DNA of 64,000 nt from Octopus sinensis (GCF_006345805.1 NC_043001.1:60574001-60638000), one strand, 5' to 3'; counted from the stretch's first letter, positions 25,814 to 39,944 are shown. Program-made: numbers and translations. Notes: generated by a model from the sequence alone, not told the origin.

Positions 25814-26294
25814 TATATATATATGTATGAATGTATGTAAATATATATGTATGTATAACTCACGTGACTTCAATAGGCCTTCTTATAATATTTAGTCCTG
25901 GTTTCTTCTAGACTATAGTTCTTCCTATAGCATCTGCTTAGGGATCTTCTGATTGTTCATTTTGTGCACCATTGTCCCAGGAAAGAAAACAATTAACGGT
26001 GGGAGTGGATATGTTTGCAGAAACTCGCATTTAGCATGCTGAATTTAAAACGAACAGCTCCATATCGATCACCAGTGTAGTGAATTTGGGAAATATCATC
26101 TGCTGTATCTGCGAGCGTGTGTAACTCACGATTTTACCTCATTAGTGCCAGCAGAGACACTCGTCTAAAGAATAATCTTGTCGGAAAGCAAAGTGTTCTT
26201 ATTGGTGGTCAGTGGTGGACTTCCTCTGTCAGGAGTGAATAGCCATCATTTATATGTGTGAGTGAGTGAGTGTGGGAGTGTATGTGTGTGAGTT

Positions 26295-26297
<3 letters not shown>
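25301..26297. repeat. Tandem duplication, ~475-bp unit (period 522), containing an RTE-like fragment, bounded by (TA)n
   Basis: 25301-25775 matches 25823-26297. Minus strand reads HKMNNQKIPKQML. Confidence 0.92.
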
Positions 26298-26353
<56 letters not shown>

Positions 26354-28705
26354 GTGTGTGTGTGTGTATGCACAAGTGTATGCGTGTGTGCTTTTGTGTT
26401 GATCACCAACGGCGATTTTGCGCCAGCTCGAAAGAATTAGAACAGTTTTTAAATAATTCTAAGCCCAGTTTCCCATCTGAACTATAGATCACACAAAATT
26501 TCCATACTCACATCTTTCACTGAACCATCTGAGTAGCCACAAAATATCAAACATAACAATATGTAAGCTCACTGTGACAGAGGATATACTCACTTTTTCA
26601 ACACAGCACAAAAACAACACGTGACACATTTCCCTTTATTTCTGCACACTTAGACCAAAAGCAACAAAATATATCAAAGCAAAGCATCACACATGCAATT
26701 GCGATACACAAGACAACTGAACTTTCGATAGCCGAATTTACCATCAACTTACGTTTTGACCTATTTCAAAAACGACATGCACAGAGAAAGAACATCTGTT
26801 GAAATCTGCGCTCATTCACTTAATTGTCTTAGTTCTGACTACCACCAGGCGTTATATGCTTACACACCCCAAATCCAACGGCAGAGAAGGCATATAGGCA
26901 CAGAAGTTCTAAATATAACAGTCATATTTTCATATTCATAAGATCATATCATATTGATGTATTAGAAACCTAATTTAAAACTTAATGGTTTAGTTCCACA
27001 TATAACAAAAAAAAAGAACATCAACGCATTTTATTCTCTTGGAAACATTCAATAATTCAATCATACTAAGTCAAACTAAACATGACCGTTCGCTTAACAG
27101 ACATAGACTCTTGGGTGGAAATAACTTAGGTTTGTCTTCAGTTACGAACCATTACACAGCCAGGAAACCTATCAAAATCGACAGAAAATTGTGTATTAAA
27201 AACAATAAACTTTCCTCATCAGTAAACAGAAAATAACTTTCTTGAAATATATTTACAGTATTGATATAAAATGCGATCTTTTACAATTCCAATCGACCAA
27301 GTATATTTCCAACGGCATAACATCTCCAAATAATTTTATCGCCAAAACTTAAATGATATTATTTTTATGAACAGTATGAGGAACATCATAAGTAGTAATT
27401 ATGCTAAGGGCCTTAATGGGACTAAAAGCCGAAAAATAATTTCCGTGGTGAGATTGTTCGAAATTACATTTCAGACATTTCAGAAAAAGAGAGGTGATAC
27501 GCATTGGTTAATTTATTCAAATCTCAGTCATTTTTCAACGTGGTTATAGCGGTTTAACCAGAGCCCATTCTATCGGTATGGGAATTGTACTATATCATCG
27601 TTTTAACATGTCTATTTTATTTTAGTTGACCGCTAAAAAGTCTACTTCGTAGCAAACTCTCTTATTTATAAATTTGACATGGAAATGAAAATGACCAGCA
27701 AAATCGTATAAGTATTTACAATTTTATGAATTTTAACAAAAACAAAATATATAATGTACTGATAGAATATGATTTTACCGTTACGATATAATTATTATTG
27801 AAATGAAGTACACGCTAATGGTTTATTTTCAAAAGATCTTTTTCTTTTGAAACTAGGATATTTCTAAAGGCAAATTTTCATGTATTACTAAATATAATGA
27901 ATGTTAGTTTCGGTAGCTAGAACTATAATCATTATCCATTCATAACTAAAATCATTATCTCTTATTATACAATACCTAAAAATAACTCCATATGCTACAG
28001 CATTAATATATCTTTAAACTATAAAAATATCAATTCAAAAACTTTTAGCAGATGTCACAATAGTAAACAGGAATATATTAGAGCAACAGCTGTATAAATA
28101 GATTAATAATTAACACTTTCCCCAGGATTAATCACTCTATCACTTGTAGCTTCCCTGGATTAAACCAATATGAATCTCCAATTATCTTAATAGTTACTAG
28201 CAACTATTCATTTAATCTCTGTCGTTAGTCAATATATGATATGGCATTATACTTACTTATATATTTAAAACTACAACACATAAATTCATTGTACTCATTG
28301 ACAGATTACAGTCTCATTAGAATAAAGATAAAGTTTATAATGATATTTTACTGGGAAAATTGTCAGCAAGCGAACTTCATGATGCAACACAGGGATTTCC
28401 GTGAAACAAAAATATTAATTTATATATGTCGCTAATATTGGCATTTTGTTTGTGTGTGTGTGTGATTCTCTCATCAATCACACGCAAACCAGAATTTGTT
28501 ATATTTAACACACTCTATTACATATCGTTGAGTATATCTCATTCATATCCGTTGATTACTTAGATATATATGTGCATACTTACATATATGCACTTATTTA
28601 CATATATATGCTGAGTGGAGAGAATCTTGCCTGGAGTCAACTACAGCCTTGTGGGTGGATTTGGTAGACGGAATCTGAAAGATGCTCGTTTTATATATAT
28701 ATATG

Positions 28706-29037
28706 TATTAGAAGAAATGAGGTACTCAGAAATTCGGATGGTTTTATATTTACAGATATTTATTTGTATATTACATGTTTTTATACATCCTATAACTTAT
28801 ATCATATATCATATATATTAGCGCTTTCGTCCATTCTGGTGGACTTTTCAAATGGAACTGTTCCATTAGAAAAATCCACCAGAATGGACGCAATTTGAAA
28901 ACTCCACCAGAATTGACGAAGGCGCTAATATATATGATATATATACGTTATATAATGTATAAAAACACGTAATATACAAATAAATATCTGTAAATATAAA
29001 ACCATCCGAATTTCTGAGTACCTCATTTCGTCTAATA
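28706..29037. mobile_element. Palindromic foldback element carrying HHR motifs
   Basis: TATTAGAAGAAATGAGGTACTCAGAAATTCGGATGG... pairs with ...CCATCCGAATTTCTGAGTACCTCATTTCGTCTAATA, and the inner arms also pair. Confidence 0.85.
28817..28853 (-). ncRNA. Minimal HHR core, U3-A8 variant, stem I truncated
   Basis: AT-TTGAAAA-GTCCA-ccagaa-TGGAC-GAAA-G-cg-C-TA-AT. Palindromic stem III AGCGCT. Confidence 0.5.
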
Positions 29038-29182
29038 TAAAATACCTGTATATCATCTCCAACCTTTCTAATATATATATATATATATATATATCCTTCT
29101 TTCCTTCTTTCCTGAGCGTCCAATAATACTATATTTGTTCCACGTCCTCGCGTTGTTGTGTTTTTTGCTTTCATGTTTGGAT

Positions 29183-29231
<49 letters not shown>

Positions 29232-29344
29232 ATGTATGTATGTATATATATATACATATATGTATGTATGTATATATATATACATATATGTATGTATGTA
29301 TGTATGTATGTATATGTGTGTCGCTGTTTGTTCCACATCATCGT

Positions 29345-30666
29345 TTGAGAAAAATGACTTGCTGACACCCATGGTTTCCGTCCAGGAAGAAACTGCCTAA
29401 CTAAGCTCCAACAACATTATGACCGGGTGTTGAAACAGCTGCCCAACCACTCATATGTGGATGTGATATTCCTCGACTTTGCAAAGGCGTTCGACAAAGT
29501 TGATCATGGAATACTATATCACAAATTGCGTGATGTCGGCATAGTTAGAAAATAGGGGGATTGGCTGCATGAATTTCTGAAAGATAGGAATCAAGCAGTA
29601 GTAGCCAATCGGGTCACCTGAAATGACGCGCAAATAGTGAGCGGTGTTCCGCAAGGCACTGCTTCGGAACATTACAGTTTATAATGGTCCTCTCAATTAA
29701 GCCCCAGCCACACAGAACACACAATCACAAGTTATGCAGATGATAGAAAAGTCTCACAAGTAATGCAGAATTCTTTAGACGTTATGCACCTGCAACGCTA
29801 GCTAGATTAAACATACAAGTGAGCTAAGAAGAATAACCTGCCTTGGTGAAAAGTTTCAAGCCTAATGATGTCAGCATGCAGAAATAAATGCAATACCAAT
29901 TAAATTCACTGGACCTGGATGGATTGCAATACCAGAGACACAGTCAATATGAGACCTGGGCATTTACCTGAGTAATGATGCATCATTCCATGGGTACGTT
30001 ACTAAGTTGGCAATGAAATGCAGGGGCTGACAGGCTTGGTTCTTAGAACTTTCAAAACGAGAGATCAGGAAACCATAATAGTCCTCTGGAGGACATTTGT
30101 CCTAAGCCGCTCTAACTATTGGTCCCAGGTATGGTCACCAACCAGTGTAAAATTAATTGTCGAACTTCAGACAATGCAATGAAGCAACTCGAAGAAGATA
30201 GCCTATATGCAGCATATAAGCTACAGGGAAAGACTCAAGAGATTGAGACTCTATTCCCTGGAGCGCAGGCGGGAGAGATGTGCCTTGTTCCAACTTTGGA
30301 AATGAGAGGTACACTAACACTAGAACAGGCACCATTACATAGTGCCAAAGACTCCAGCTTTGCCATCAAAATCTAGGACAATGTATTGCAACAGCTCCAT
30401 AATATCCTCCCGAAGGACCTGAGAAACTTGAATGGGGTGGATGCAGGTCTCTTCCAAACGAAACTAGGTTTCTGACTGTCAAGAGTCGCAGATGAACCAA
30501 CTTCACATCAGGAAGTGCAGGAAGGGCAGCTCAGAAAAACTCCCTCATGCACCAAATGTCAAGTTCCAAAATGAATCAGTGCAATAAAAATTATGTAGCA
30601 ACACCAAATGGCGGTGTGCCAGCATGGCTGCAGCTCGGGAGCTGAAACTGGTGAAATACATTTCAA
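29345..30666 (+). mobile_element. 5'-truncated degenerate CR1, same family as 12470-17140
   Basis: HGFRPG, LDFAKAFDKVDHG, SGVPQG, SYADD. The 3' UTR matches 12500-12560. Confidence 0.9.
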
Positions 30667-30679
30667 TTCATATATATAA

Positions 30680-30746
<67 letters not shown>

Positions 30747-30756
30747 ATGAGATATG

Positions 30757-31829
30757 CGAGGTAGGTGTGTATGAAAAGTTTTGAGCCTAATCTAGAAACG
30801 GGGTTGCTATATAGCTGAAAAAATTTTCCTAGTAAGTACAGTATGTTAGGGGTAATCTTGCTCATTTTCATGATTCTGATATTTAAATTGTTTTTGTTGC
30901 AGATTTTTTAATAAGCAAGCTTCGAGTTTACAAAGAAAATAGAGAAAACTGAGTATCGTGCTGTCATAAAGTACCTTCATTTGAAAGGCATGACTCCATC
31001 AGGAATCCATGAAGATATGGTGAGAACCTTAACAGATAATGATCCTTAATATGCAACAGTCAAACGCTGGGTAAATGAATTAAAGCGTGGCAGGGAGTGT
31101 GTGGAAGATGATCCCAGACCAGAGAGACCTCTAACTGCAACCACTAAGGACAAGCTTGACTTTGCTCTTGGTATGATAATGCAAAATCGCTGAATGTCAT
31201 ATCGACAGATATCCGAGAGACTGGGCATCTCATCTGAAAGTGTAGACAACATTGTGACAAAAGAAAACAAAGTTTCTCAAAGGTTTCTGCAAGGTGGGTC
31301 CCTCACGTCCGTTTTTTTTTTTATTCTCAAGGTGTCTTGCTGATCGATTACCTTGAAAAGGATCACACCGTGACAGGGCTATATTATTCTCAGCTACTGA
31401 AACAACTCCGGGAAGCAATCAAAGGAAAACGGCCGTGAATTCTTACTAGAGGAGTCTTTTTTCATCACGACAATGCTCCAGCCCACACCTCAGTTGTTGC
31501 CATGGCAATAATTCGTGATTGTGGATACAAACTAGTTCCCCATCCGCCTTATTAGCCAGACTTAGCCCCCTCTGACTTCCATCTATTTCCAAAAATGAAA
31601 AAAGAACCTGGCTGGTCGCCATTTTGCCAGTGACAATGACTTCATAGATGCTGTAGGTAGTTTCTTGAAGTCTCAAACAAAAGAGCTCTTCTACGGCGGG
31701 ATAATGGCGTTTCAGCACCGCCGGAGAAAGTGTTCAGCCATCGAGGGGACTATGTTGAAAAAATAAATCATCAGAAGTCTTGTACCATGTTTTGTGTTTT
31801 GAGGCTCAAGACTTTTCATACACCCCTCG
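30757..31829 (+). mobile_element. Mariner (DD34D) with both TIRs, internally deleted
   Basis: TIRs CGAGG..GTGTATGAAAAGTTTTGAGCCT / GAGGCTCAAGACTTTTCATACACCCCTCG. EYRAVIKYLHLKG, HHDNAPAH, PDLAPSDFHLF, GDYVEK*. Confidence 0.93.
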
Positions 31830-31842
31830 CAGATATGTAACT

Positions 31843-32048
31843 GTATGTATGTATGTATGCATGCATGCATGTATGTATGTATGTAGTATGTATGTATGTA
31901 TGTATGTATGTATGTATGTATGTATGTATGTATGTATGTATGCATGCATGTATGTATGTATGTATGCATGCATGTATGTATGCATGCATGCATGTATGTA
32001 TGTATGTATGTATGTATGTATGTATGTATGCATGTATGTATGCACGTG

Positions 32049-32088
<40 letters not shown>
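31843..32088. repeat. (TATG)n/(CATG) plus (TA)n microsatellite
   Basis: Direct read. Confidence 0.95.
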
Positions 32089-32089
<1 letters not shown>

Positions 32090-32611
32090 GCATTAAAAAA
32101 AATTCCAATAATACTGAAATACATATACGTTTGATGGGATTTTTAAAATATCAAGAACAAAATAAAAAAGATACAGGTAGAATATAATTTTACAGTGTAA
32201 ATCTAATTACCATTGACATGAACTGCCGGCAAAAGCATTTCATCGACAAGTCAATTTCAGTTTAATACTGTGAAAAATATTTCAATTGTCGACTTTTTTT
32301 TTATGTATTCGACTAAAATCGATATTAATTCCATACCACATTTACTCAGACACTAATATATGAGATACATACCTAAAAATAACATTATACGTTGGAAAAG
32401 GATCTTTATTGTAATTCATAGAAGCAACGTTCTATTACACGTAGCGCAAAATACGTTAGACAAGTGTAGTTTTACATTTTCTTTTTAATAATTGGCACAG
32501 CAAAGCATACACACTTGGATAATTTTAAATGCTATGTGAATGACTTAATGATTCAATTTCGAAGTGTCATAAGCACCATTTTAAAACAATACTTTAAGTG
32601 TGTATATATAC

Positions 32612-32747
32612 TCTAACTCTTTTACTCTTTTACTTCTTTCAGTCATTTGACTGTGGCCATGCTGGAGCACCGCCTTTAGTCGAGCAAATCGACCCTAGGA
32701 TTTATTCTTTGTAAGCCTAGTACTTATTCTATCGGTCTCTTTTGCGG
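32612..32747 (-). mobile_element. SINE 3' fragment
   Basis: CTTTTACTCTTTTACTT..CAGTCATTTGACTGTGGCCATGCTGGAGCACCGCC. Similar fragments at 37434-37495 (+) and 62555-62690 (-). Confidence 0.85.
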
Positions 32748-32784
32748 GAGGTGTGTATATATACATATACATACATAGATATAG

Positions 32785-32843
<59 letters not shown>

Positions 32844-32911
32844 CACATACATATATACATGCATATAGGAATATATATATATAGATAGATAGATAAATAT
32901 ATATGTATATA

Positions 32912-33230
32912 CAAATCAATAACCATGCATACTACATACATGTTTGATGAATGTTGGTGAAAATGTATATATACATACATGTAAATAATTACACATATGT
33001 ACATGTGTGTAATCCTCAACAAGTACGCAGTCAAACACAAACACACATACATATAATATATATATATATTATATATATATATATATATATAATATATATA
33101 TATATACACATGTACATATATATACACATGTACACACATGTACATATGTGTAATTATTTACATGTATGCATATATACATTTTCACCAACATTCATCAAAC
33201 ATGTATGTAGTATGCATGGTTATTGATTTG
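32912..33230. repeat. Inverted repeat (~100-bp arms) around a TA/CA core; MITE-like
   Basis: CAAATCAATAACCATGCATACTAC... pairs with ...GTAGTATGCATGGTTATTGATTTG. Confidence 0.8.
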
Positions 33231-34559
33231 ACGATACCCTAAGATGGGTGATCTTCATGAACTGACTAGTGTTATCTGATGACGTTCCTCAGTGTAAAAG
33301 ATCAGTATAAAGCAGCAGTTTTGTATGAAGTAGGTGCATGTTTGCAGTGTTGACAGAACTCGTAATCGAATCTGTTGGGATGTCCACAGAAGGGAAAATC
33401 TACACTGAAATTGAAGTAAAGCAATAGTACCGCAAAAGTCAATGAGGAAAATAACCAAGCTACTTCTTCATATCTTTCATTTTCTGATGCAGGTCGAGAA
33501 ATGACAGCAGACTGTGTAAATTACAGATAAATGGAGAGTTGTAATGAATTGAATGTAAGGCTGCATTTGAAGGAAGCGTAATTCAGTAAATTAATACACA
33601 AGTTCATTCACAGTTATTATTGAATTTAAGAAGTAAAGCAGTGATCCGCAACCTAGAGCGGAAGGCAGAAACAGATCCAAATTATGAGCGACAAAATATT
33701 CCTGCATGCTCCGGGTTGCTACAACATCACTTGATTTGGTATGACATTTGTATCAGCGTTGGCAAAGTAAGACAATATTATAGGAAGCAAATTTATGATC
33801 TCGGATAGGGGTTAGTAGCATTATTATTGCTCTTGTCACTGGTTTGAATTTGCAGAAAGCTTTATGAAATTTCGTTAATGTCAAACAAACATACCTTTAT
33901 AGAGGTGTATATGTATGCGTGTGCGCCTTTAGTGTGTATGAGTATATAACCATATAAAACTGTAGTATCGATGCCACATCTCTACCCTTATGATATAAGT
34001 TTACTATATTATTTATGACGTATAAATGAATTAGTATGCCGATGCGGTTGCTCGTATGCGTCATAACGATTTCTACATTTCCATAAGGTTTCTATATCTT
34101 GTTTGGCCGCTGAATTATTTCAAGTTTCCTCAGCTAAAACCGATTATCTCTAATCTAGTCCCATTACATGGTATTCTTTTGGTTGTATCATTTATTGTTT
34201 GCTAAAATACATTGCATAGCTGCCAAGTGGAACAATACAACCAGAGACTTGTTTAATGAAAACATACGATGATATTACCAACGAGATTGCAATAATCTAG
34301 TGTATAGTAAATGCAGAAAGAGATATTATGATAGAAAATTAAATAAACATACAATTAAGGCAACCCAAATTTAAATAGGATGAGCCACTTGAAAACAGTA
34401 AGTAGTGAATATCGCCAAAACGCAATGTCATAGGCAAGGAAGATGGGCGTTATTTAAGCATCATATCAAACATGACGCTAAAGTGGAGTATATGATACAT
34501 GGTAGTAGAACAAAAGACGTTCCGCGAATAGAAGCAAATTTTATTGATGATCGGGTAAA

Positions 34560-34950
34560 AAACAAAAATGCAGAATATCTCCAAAAAGAAGTAAAAAAGA
34601 ATTGAGTAACGCTGTATCAATTGATAACAATCCAGAAATTGTACGAAGATGCCGTGATCAAAGATAGAAAAGCAGGGAAACAAAAGTAACATTTTATAGA
34701 AGAATCAAACTAATTTGGATCTCTTGAAATTTTGCAGACATCATATTATTTGGACAGTGAAGAAATTTCATTGGAGAAACTTCATGAAAAGGATATATCG
34801 TTGAAAAGAGAAGAATGCAAGGCTACAGATTTGGCGAGGATACTTGATAGGTTTCCAGTTTCAGAATGGATGTTACTATACAGCACTAGTGAAAAGAATC
34901 ATTTCTCTGTCTCTCGAGAAAACACCAGGCTTTTTACACATCTCTAATTT
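34560..34950 (+). pseudogene. Very degenerate RTE-like RT C-terminal fragment
   Basis: ILQTSYYLDSEEI and DLARILDR resemble the ILxISW..NEEV and GHVARM.D.R motifs. Confidence 0.35.
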
Positions 34951-36633
34951 CGAATCTGCTAATAAAAGGGATATTAATTACTTTTTATTTACCTAGACAT
35001 ATATATTTCTTCTTATAGTGATCATGAAGTAATCTGTGAGGGCGTTACACAGGTTTAAGTAAAGTTTATATCTTTACTAATAAATCATATTCATTTCCCT
35101 GAAACTGATGGCGATCTGATATCAATTGCCAATCGCTAACCAAAATTGCAAACCTCAACAAATAGTATTCATTAAAATTATCCTTTTCCAGTAAACGTTA
35201 TACATCTAAACACAAACGTTATGTAGAAATTGTCAAAGGATATAGAATATTTGAAAACTTACTAAACACAATGATGACAATGCATAGTGTTTCTTCTTGG
35301 TACTTACATGGCATTGAAAAACTGATAGTTTTTCATTGCCGAAATTGATGTGAAATTACAGCGTTTCATACTTTAATAGCTCTCCAGGTTGATTGGTTTA
35401 GTGATTCACAAGCTCATACGGGTTAATGGCAAATATTACATGATTTTCATCTTAACAATGGAATAGCGTTGATAGAAAAAACACAAGAAAGTTTGGAGCC
35501 ATGTTTGAAATCGATAAATACCTAATGGTTTACGCAATAATGCAAAATTATCAAAAAATAAATAAAATACAGTACCATCTACCAAGTCATAAATTGTCAA
35601 ATCCTAGAAAATATACCTTATTTCACATATCTTGATAATAGAATGTGTGCAAAAACAGGCACTGGCAGGAATGAGGTCAACATCGGAACGGGGAAAAGTG
35701 GCAGCAGTATTTGTTGGGCATAATGTTAGAAATTATTTCTTAAAAAATAGTATTTAAAATAAAATAATTTTACTTTACAGTTATATGGGCCTATGTATTT
35801 CTGTGTCATTAATTCATGACATTTATAGAAAAGATTGTGAAAAGGCCTGAACTAATTTCATGAAACGTGTTTGCGTAATGCTCTGCATGTGGCATATGTA
35901 GATCAAATCACCAACCAGGAAATAGGAGTAAAAAGCTAAAGGAAATAATAGTAATACGAAAAAGAAAACAGTATATCGTGGCTGTATCATGAAATGATAA
36001 ACTTTAATTGGAATATACAGGCATGAAAACCATATGATGGAAAGAGAGCAGGAGGGAGGGAAACCTAAGCTGATCTGATCTATAATTTTCAAAAGACCAT
36101 TGTCAGCACAGATCTAAATATAACGAACAAGGGAAGGCTAGAGTGCGGCATTTCATAGGGTTGTAGTAGTTTTCTTAATATCGCATTATGTATAGCGCTC
36201 GGTACTACTCTTATTTATTTTTATATAAAATATCACTTATTCACAATTATTGTAATATAGTTTAGGTAACAGCATTTGCTGGGAATGTTATATTCTGTCG
36301 TTTTGTATGGTACTCAAGAACATGGGGAGTAAAAAGTGAGGACGAACCTATATGTACTTAGTAACATATTATAGTATAAGTTGCGTATCGTTCGGGACAT
36401 AATTATATTGCACACATCATAGATTTTAACATATAAGAATCCCGGGGTTCAAAAATGTTCTACGCAAGTGAGCCAACTGTGTTGAACACTCTTCTTAAAA
36501 AGGAGAAGTTAGTCTCCCATGACGTACTCTCTAGCCATCAACATATTCTGCTTCTCAACCTGCCTAGACGTTTTAAGAATAACCATGTGGATATTCGTTC
36601 CAGATCTCGCTGTGCACGGTGCAAATAACGATT

Positions 36634-36684
<51 letters not shown>

Positions 36685-37020
36685 ATACATGCATACATAT
36701 ATGCATGCAAACAAATTGTGTTATTTATTTCCCCGACAAAATTTTTTTTTGTGTGAATTATTATATGCGTTATGTCGCTTTGCATGTTGGAGTATATTTT
36801 GTTTAATTTATCCACCACAGGAACGTTTACTGTGTGCTACTTAGCTGTGCCGATACTACCATAAAAGTGTTGCAATTTCATTTATTGCTTGTATGCAAGA
36901 AATACATTCTATATCTAAGGATTGTCTGAGCAATATCTTACTTAATAGAATTTCTGCACGCCATCTGAAGTTGTATTTGAGTAATGAAAATACGCAAGAG
37001 CCAGTGTTCCTACCGACTCT

Positions 37021-37913
37021 TATTATGTGATACATATCCAACGTAATTACATACCGTTTTCCTAATGATTTATGTTGCATTGATATTTTATCCCAATTTT
37101 GTAACAATGATTAATTTTATATTGATTTTAAGTATCCTAGCTGTAGGTGTAGCCGATGCTGTAGCAGAATTTTCTCATTCTTGTCGTTTCTTTAGTTTCT
37201 TTATAAGTATGATGTGATTGTTCACTTGATAAGTTGTATATGCACGTGCATTATATACATTTGTAAACACATACATACATACGAAATATAAAACATGCAT
37301 ACATATAATATATATATATATATAATATGCATGTATTATATATTATGTATGTGTATGTATTATCATAGCCTCTACACACATTTTTTTCTCTCCTTGTTTC
37401 TCCCCTTGATTTTTCGTAAACTCTCCCTACTTAAAGGCGGTGCTCCAGCATGGCCGCAGTCAAATGACTGAAACAAGTAAAAGAGTAAAAGAGTATATAT
37501 ATATATATATATATCACGTAATCACGTGACCGACCAGACCATCAGATGTTGTTACACATCGCTGGTCACAATGCGTTCGCATTGTTTTAGCCTTCGAATG
37601 ACGGCACCTCGCTGGCTAAGCGAGCAGGCCAACAGAAGAAAGAGTGTACCCTTAACGTAGTTCTCGGGGATATTCAGCGTGACACAGAAAATGACAAGGC
37701 TGGCCCTTTGAAATACAGGTACAACAGAAACAGGAAGTAAGAGTGAGAGAAAGTTGTGGTGAAAGAGTACAGAAGGGATCACCACCCCCTGCCGGAGCCT
37801 CGTGGAGCTTTTAGGTGTTTTCGCTCAATAAACACTCACAACGCCCGGTCTGGGAATCGAAACCGCGATCCTGCGACCGCGAATCCGCTGCCCTAACCAC
37901 TAGGCCATTGCGC

Positions 37914-37992
<79 letters not shown>

Positions 37993-38283
37993 TTCATACA
38001 TTCATACATGACTAAATACGTTTACACATATATTATGTGATACATATCCAACGTAATTACATACCGTTTTCCTAATGATTTATGTTGCATTGATATTTTA
38101 TCCCAATCTTGTAACAATGATTAATTTTATATTGATTTTAAGTAACCTAGCTGTAGGTGTAGCCGATGCTGTAGCAGAATGTTCTCATTCTTGTCGTTTC
38201 TTTAGTTTCTTTATAAGTATGATGTGATTGTTCACTTGATAAGTTGTATATGCACGTGCATTATATACATTTGTAAACACATA
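37021..38283. repeat. 253-bp direct duplication (37021-37273, 38031-38283) flanking SINEs
   Basis: TATTATGTGATACATATCCAACG...TTGTAAACACATA occurs twice, offset 1010. Confidence 0.93.
37513..37914 (-). mobile_element. tRNA-derived SINE, second family
   Basis: Head GGCGCAATGGCCTAGTGGTTAGGGCAGCGGATTCGCGG...GGTTTCGATTCCC has clear A and B boxes. Confidence 0.88.
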
Positions 38284-39734
38284 ATATATAGTATATTGAG
38301 TTCTTCATAACCAGCTGATCTAGCAAGCGGGGCCTCATATCAGTGAGGGGGGCCGGTGCACATTGATGCCGTCGAGAGGTAGGCCCCGAAACGGCGCGCA
38401 TTCTCTCCTGATGACCCCATACACTTGCTAGCTTCCGATATACGGAGCTTTTAACTGGTAGCACTTGCATGTGCAAGTTGTTTGCAAGGCATGTATAAAT
38501 TGACATATATATACAGCCACATACGCACACGCATGTGGGAAATATTTCCTCTTAGAAGGTAAGCAAATCGTTTATGATTGTAAATAGGACAACAAATACA
38601 GCTACGATTATAGGGGTGAAAATGCAACTGTAAATTGAAGGGAAACGTTGGAGGTAATGTTGGTACAAATTGTATTTTGAAATGGTTTACTTTTCAATAG
38701 GAGATTTGAAAAAAGCTTATATATAATTTCCTATAACTGTCACATTGATGCGGCTGCTCTTAATCTATACTATCAATTGGAAAATCCCGAAGAAACTATA
38801 TATGGTGGTTTGCATAGTCTCTGGGGTTGAAAGACACAGAGCGCGCAACGGGACGAGGAGACATAAGTTTATTGAGTTTTGTTGTAAAAATTGCACATAA
38901 CAGATATTCTTTATACATGAAACAAGTTGAGATATTTGCAGGTTATATGCTTTGAAATATGCTTCAATAAAGTTGAGCTATTACCCCCAGGTCAGATGCA
39001 TCTATGTTACTCACTTTTAAGGTTTTATGTTGGTTGGAATGACGCAAAGAAGCAGGCGGCTCACCTAAATGAATGATTATCTTGTGGACAGTTAGATGTA
39101 TCTAAGTCCTTTCTCTGAATATTGTTGCGATAACCCTGAATTTACCCGTGAAAGCCATGATGATAGTGTTCCCAAAATTTGGGTAAGATCCCCTTTCATT
39201 TTGTATACATCTTTACTCATTACGGAAACTCCTGGACTTTAGTTGTAGGTTTATTCAAAATCTTGCCTTGTATTTGTGCCGTGTAAGATATCAGTTCGCC
39301 TTTTTTTGTATCTTACCATATGTTGTATGTATTCTATTGGGGATGAAATTGTTTTATTTATATGGTGTTGATTTACTTCCGTTACTTGTTGGATTTGTGA
39401 CTTTGTTTGCTAGTTTTCCTACTGCATATATATTGTTGTTTCACTTGGGTAATTGTTTATATGATAGTAAGAATGGTGTAATTGTTATAGCTGCTAATTT
39501 AGCGTCCTTTGGGGTTGATGTGAAGCTCGTAATGATACCTTTAACAGAGACTTGCTGGAAATACCCAGGAATGGTTCTGATGAATGTATCATAATTTTTC
39601 TTATGTCTTTGCTTTTACTTCGATTGATCAACAGATCAATTGAGTAAACTTATCTATAAGGAGAACTGGAAACAGCCGTAGGCCCAATTTGGTATAATAA
39701 AGTAATTATATGTAATGACCAATATTTTAACTTG

Positions 39735-39790
<56 letters not shown>

Positions 39791-39887
39791 GGAGTAAACA
39801 CATAAATGTGAAAGTAGTTGGAAAAAAGAGTACTCAAATACCAGTGGTACAGTAATATGCTTTATTTAAAGCAGCAGAAAATTCAAC

Positions 39888-39934
39888 AAAACCTGTTACT
39901 CTGAGTTTCCCGTTGCCGTTCATCGGACAGTTTT
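39888..39934 (-). ncRNA. Degenerate type I HHR motif (U4C)
   Basis: AAAACTGT-CCGATGA-acggcaacgg-GAAA-C-tcaga-GTA-ACAGGTTTT. Confidence 0.45.
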
Positions 39935-39944
39935 TGCTAGCATA

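Noticed and set aside
26400-27240. Possible decayed Penelope ORF
   Set aside because: Only faint motif echoes with many stops; not defensible by eye.
33276-33300. CTGATGA as an HHR core
   Set aside because: No proper stem II or GAAA follows.
37853-37914. tRNA gene
   Set aside because: It has A and B boxes but no acceptor stem, and it continues into a SINE body.
38320-38405. GGGGCC...GGCCCC-GAAAC as an HHR
   Set aside because: Stem II and GAAAC are present, but there is no valid core heptamer or NUH triplet with a stem I. At most a fossil.
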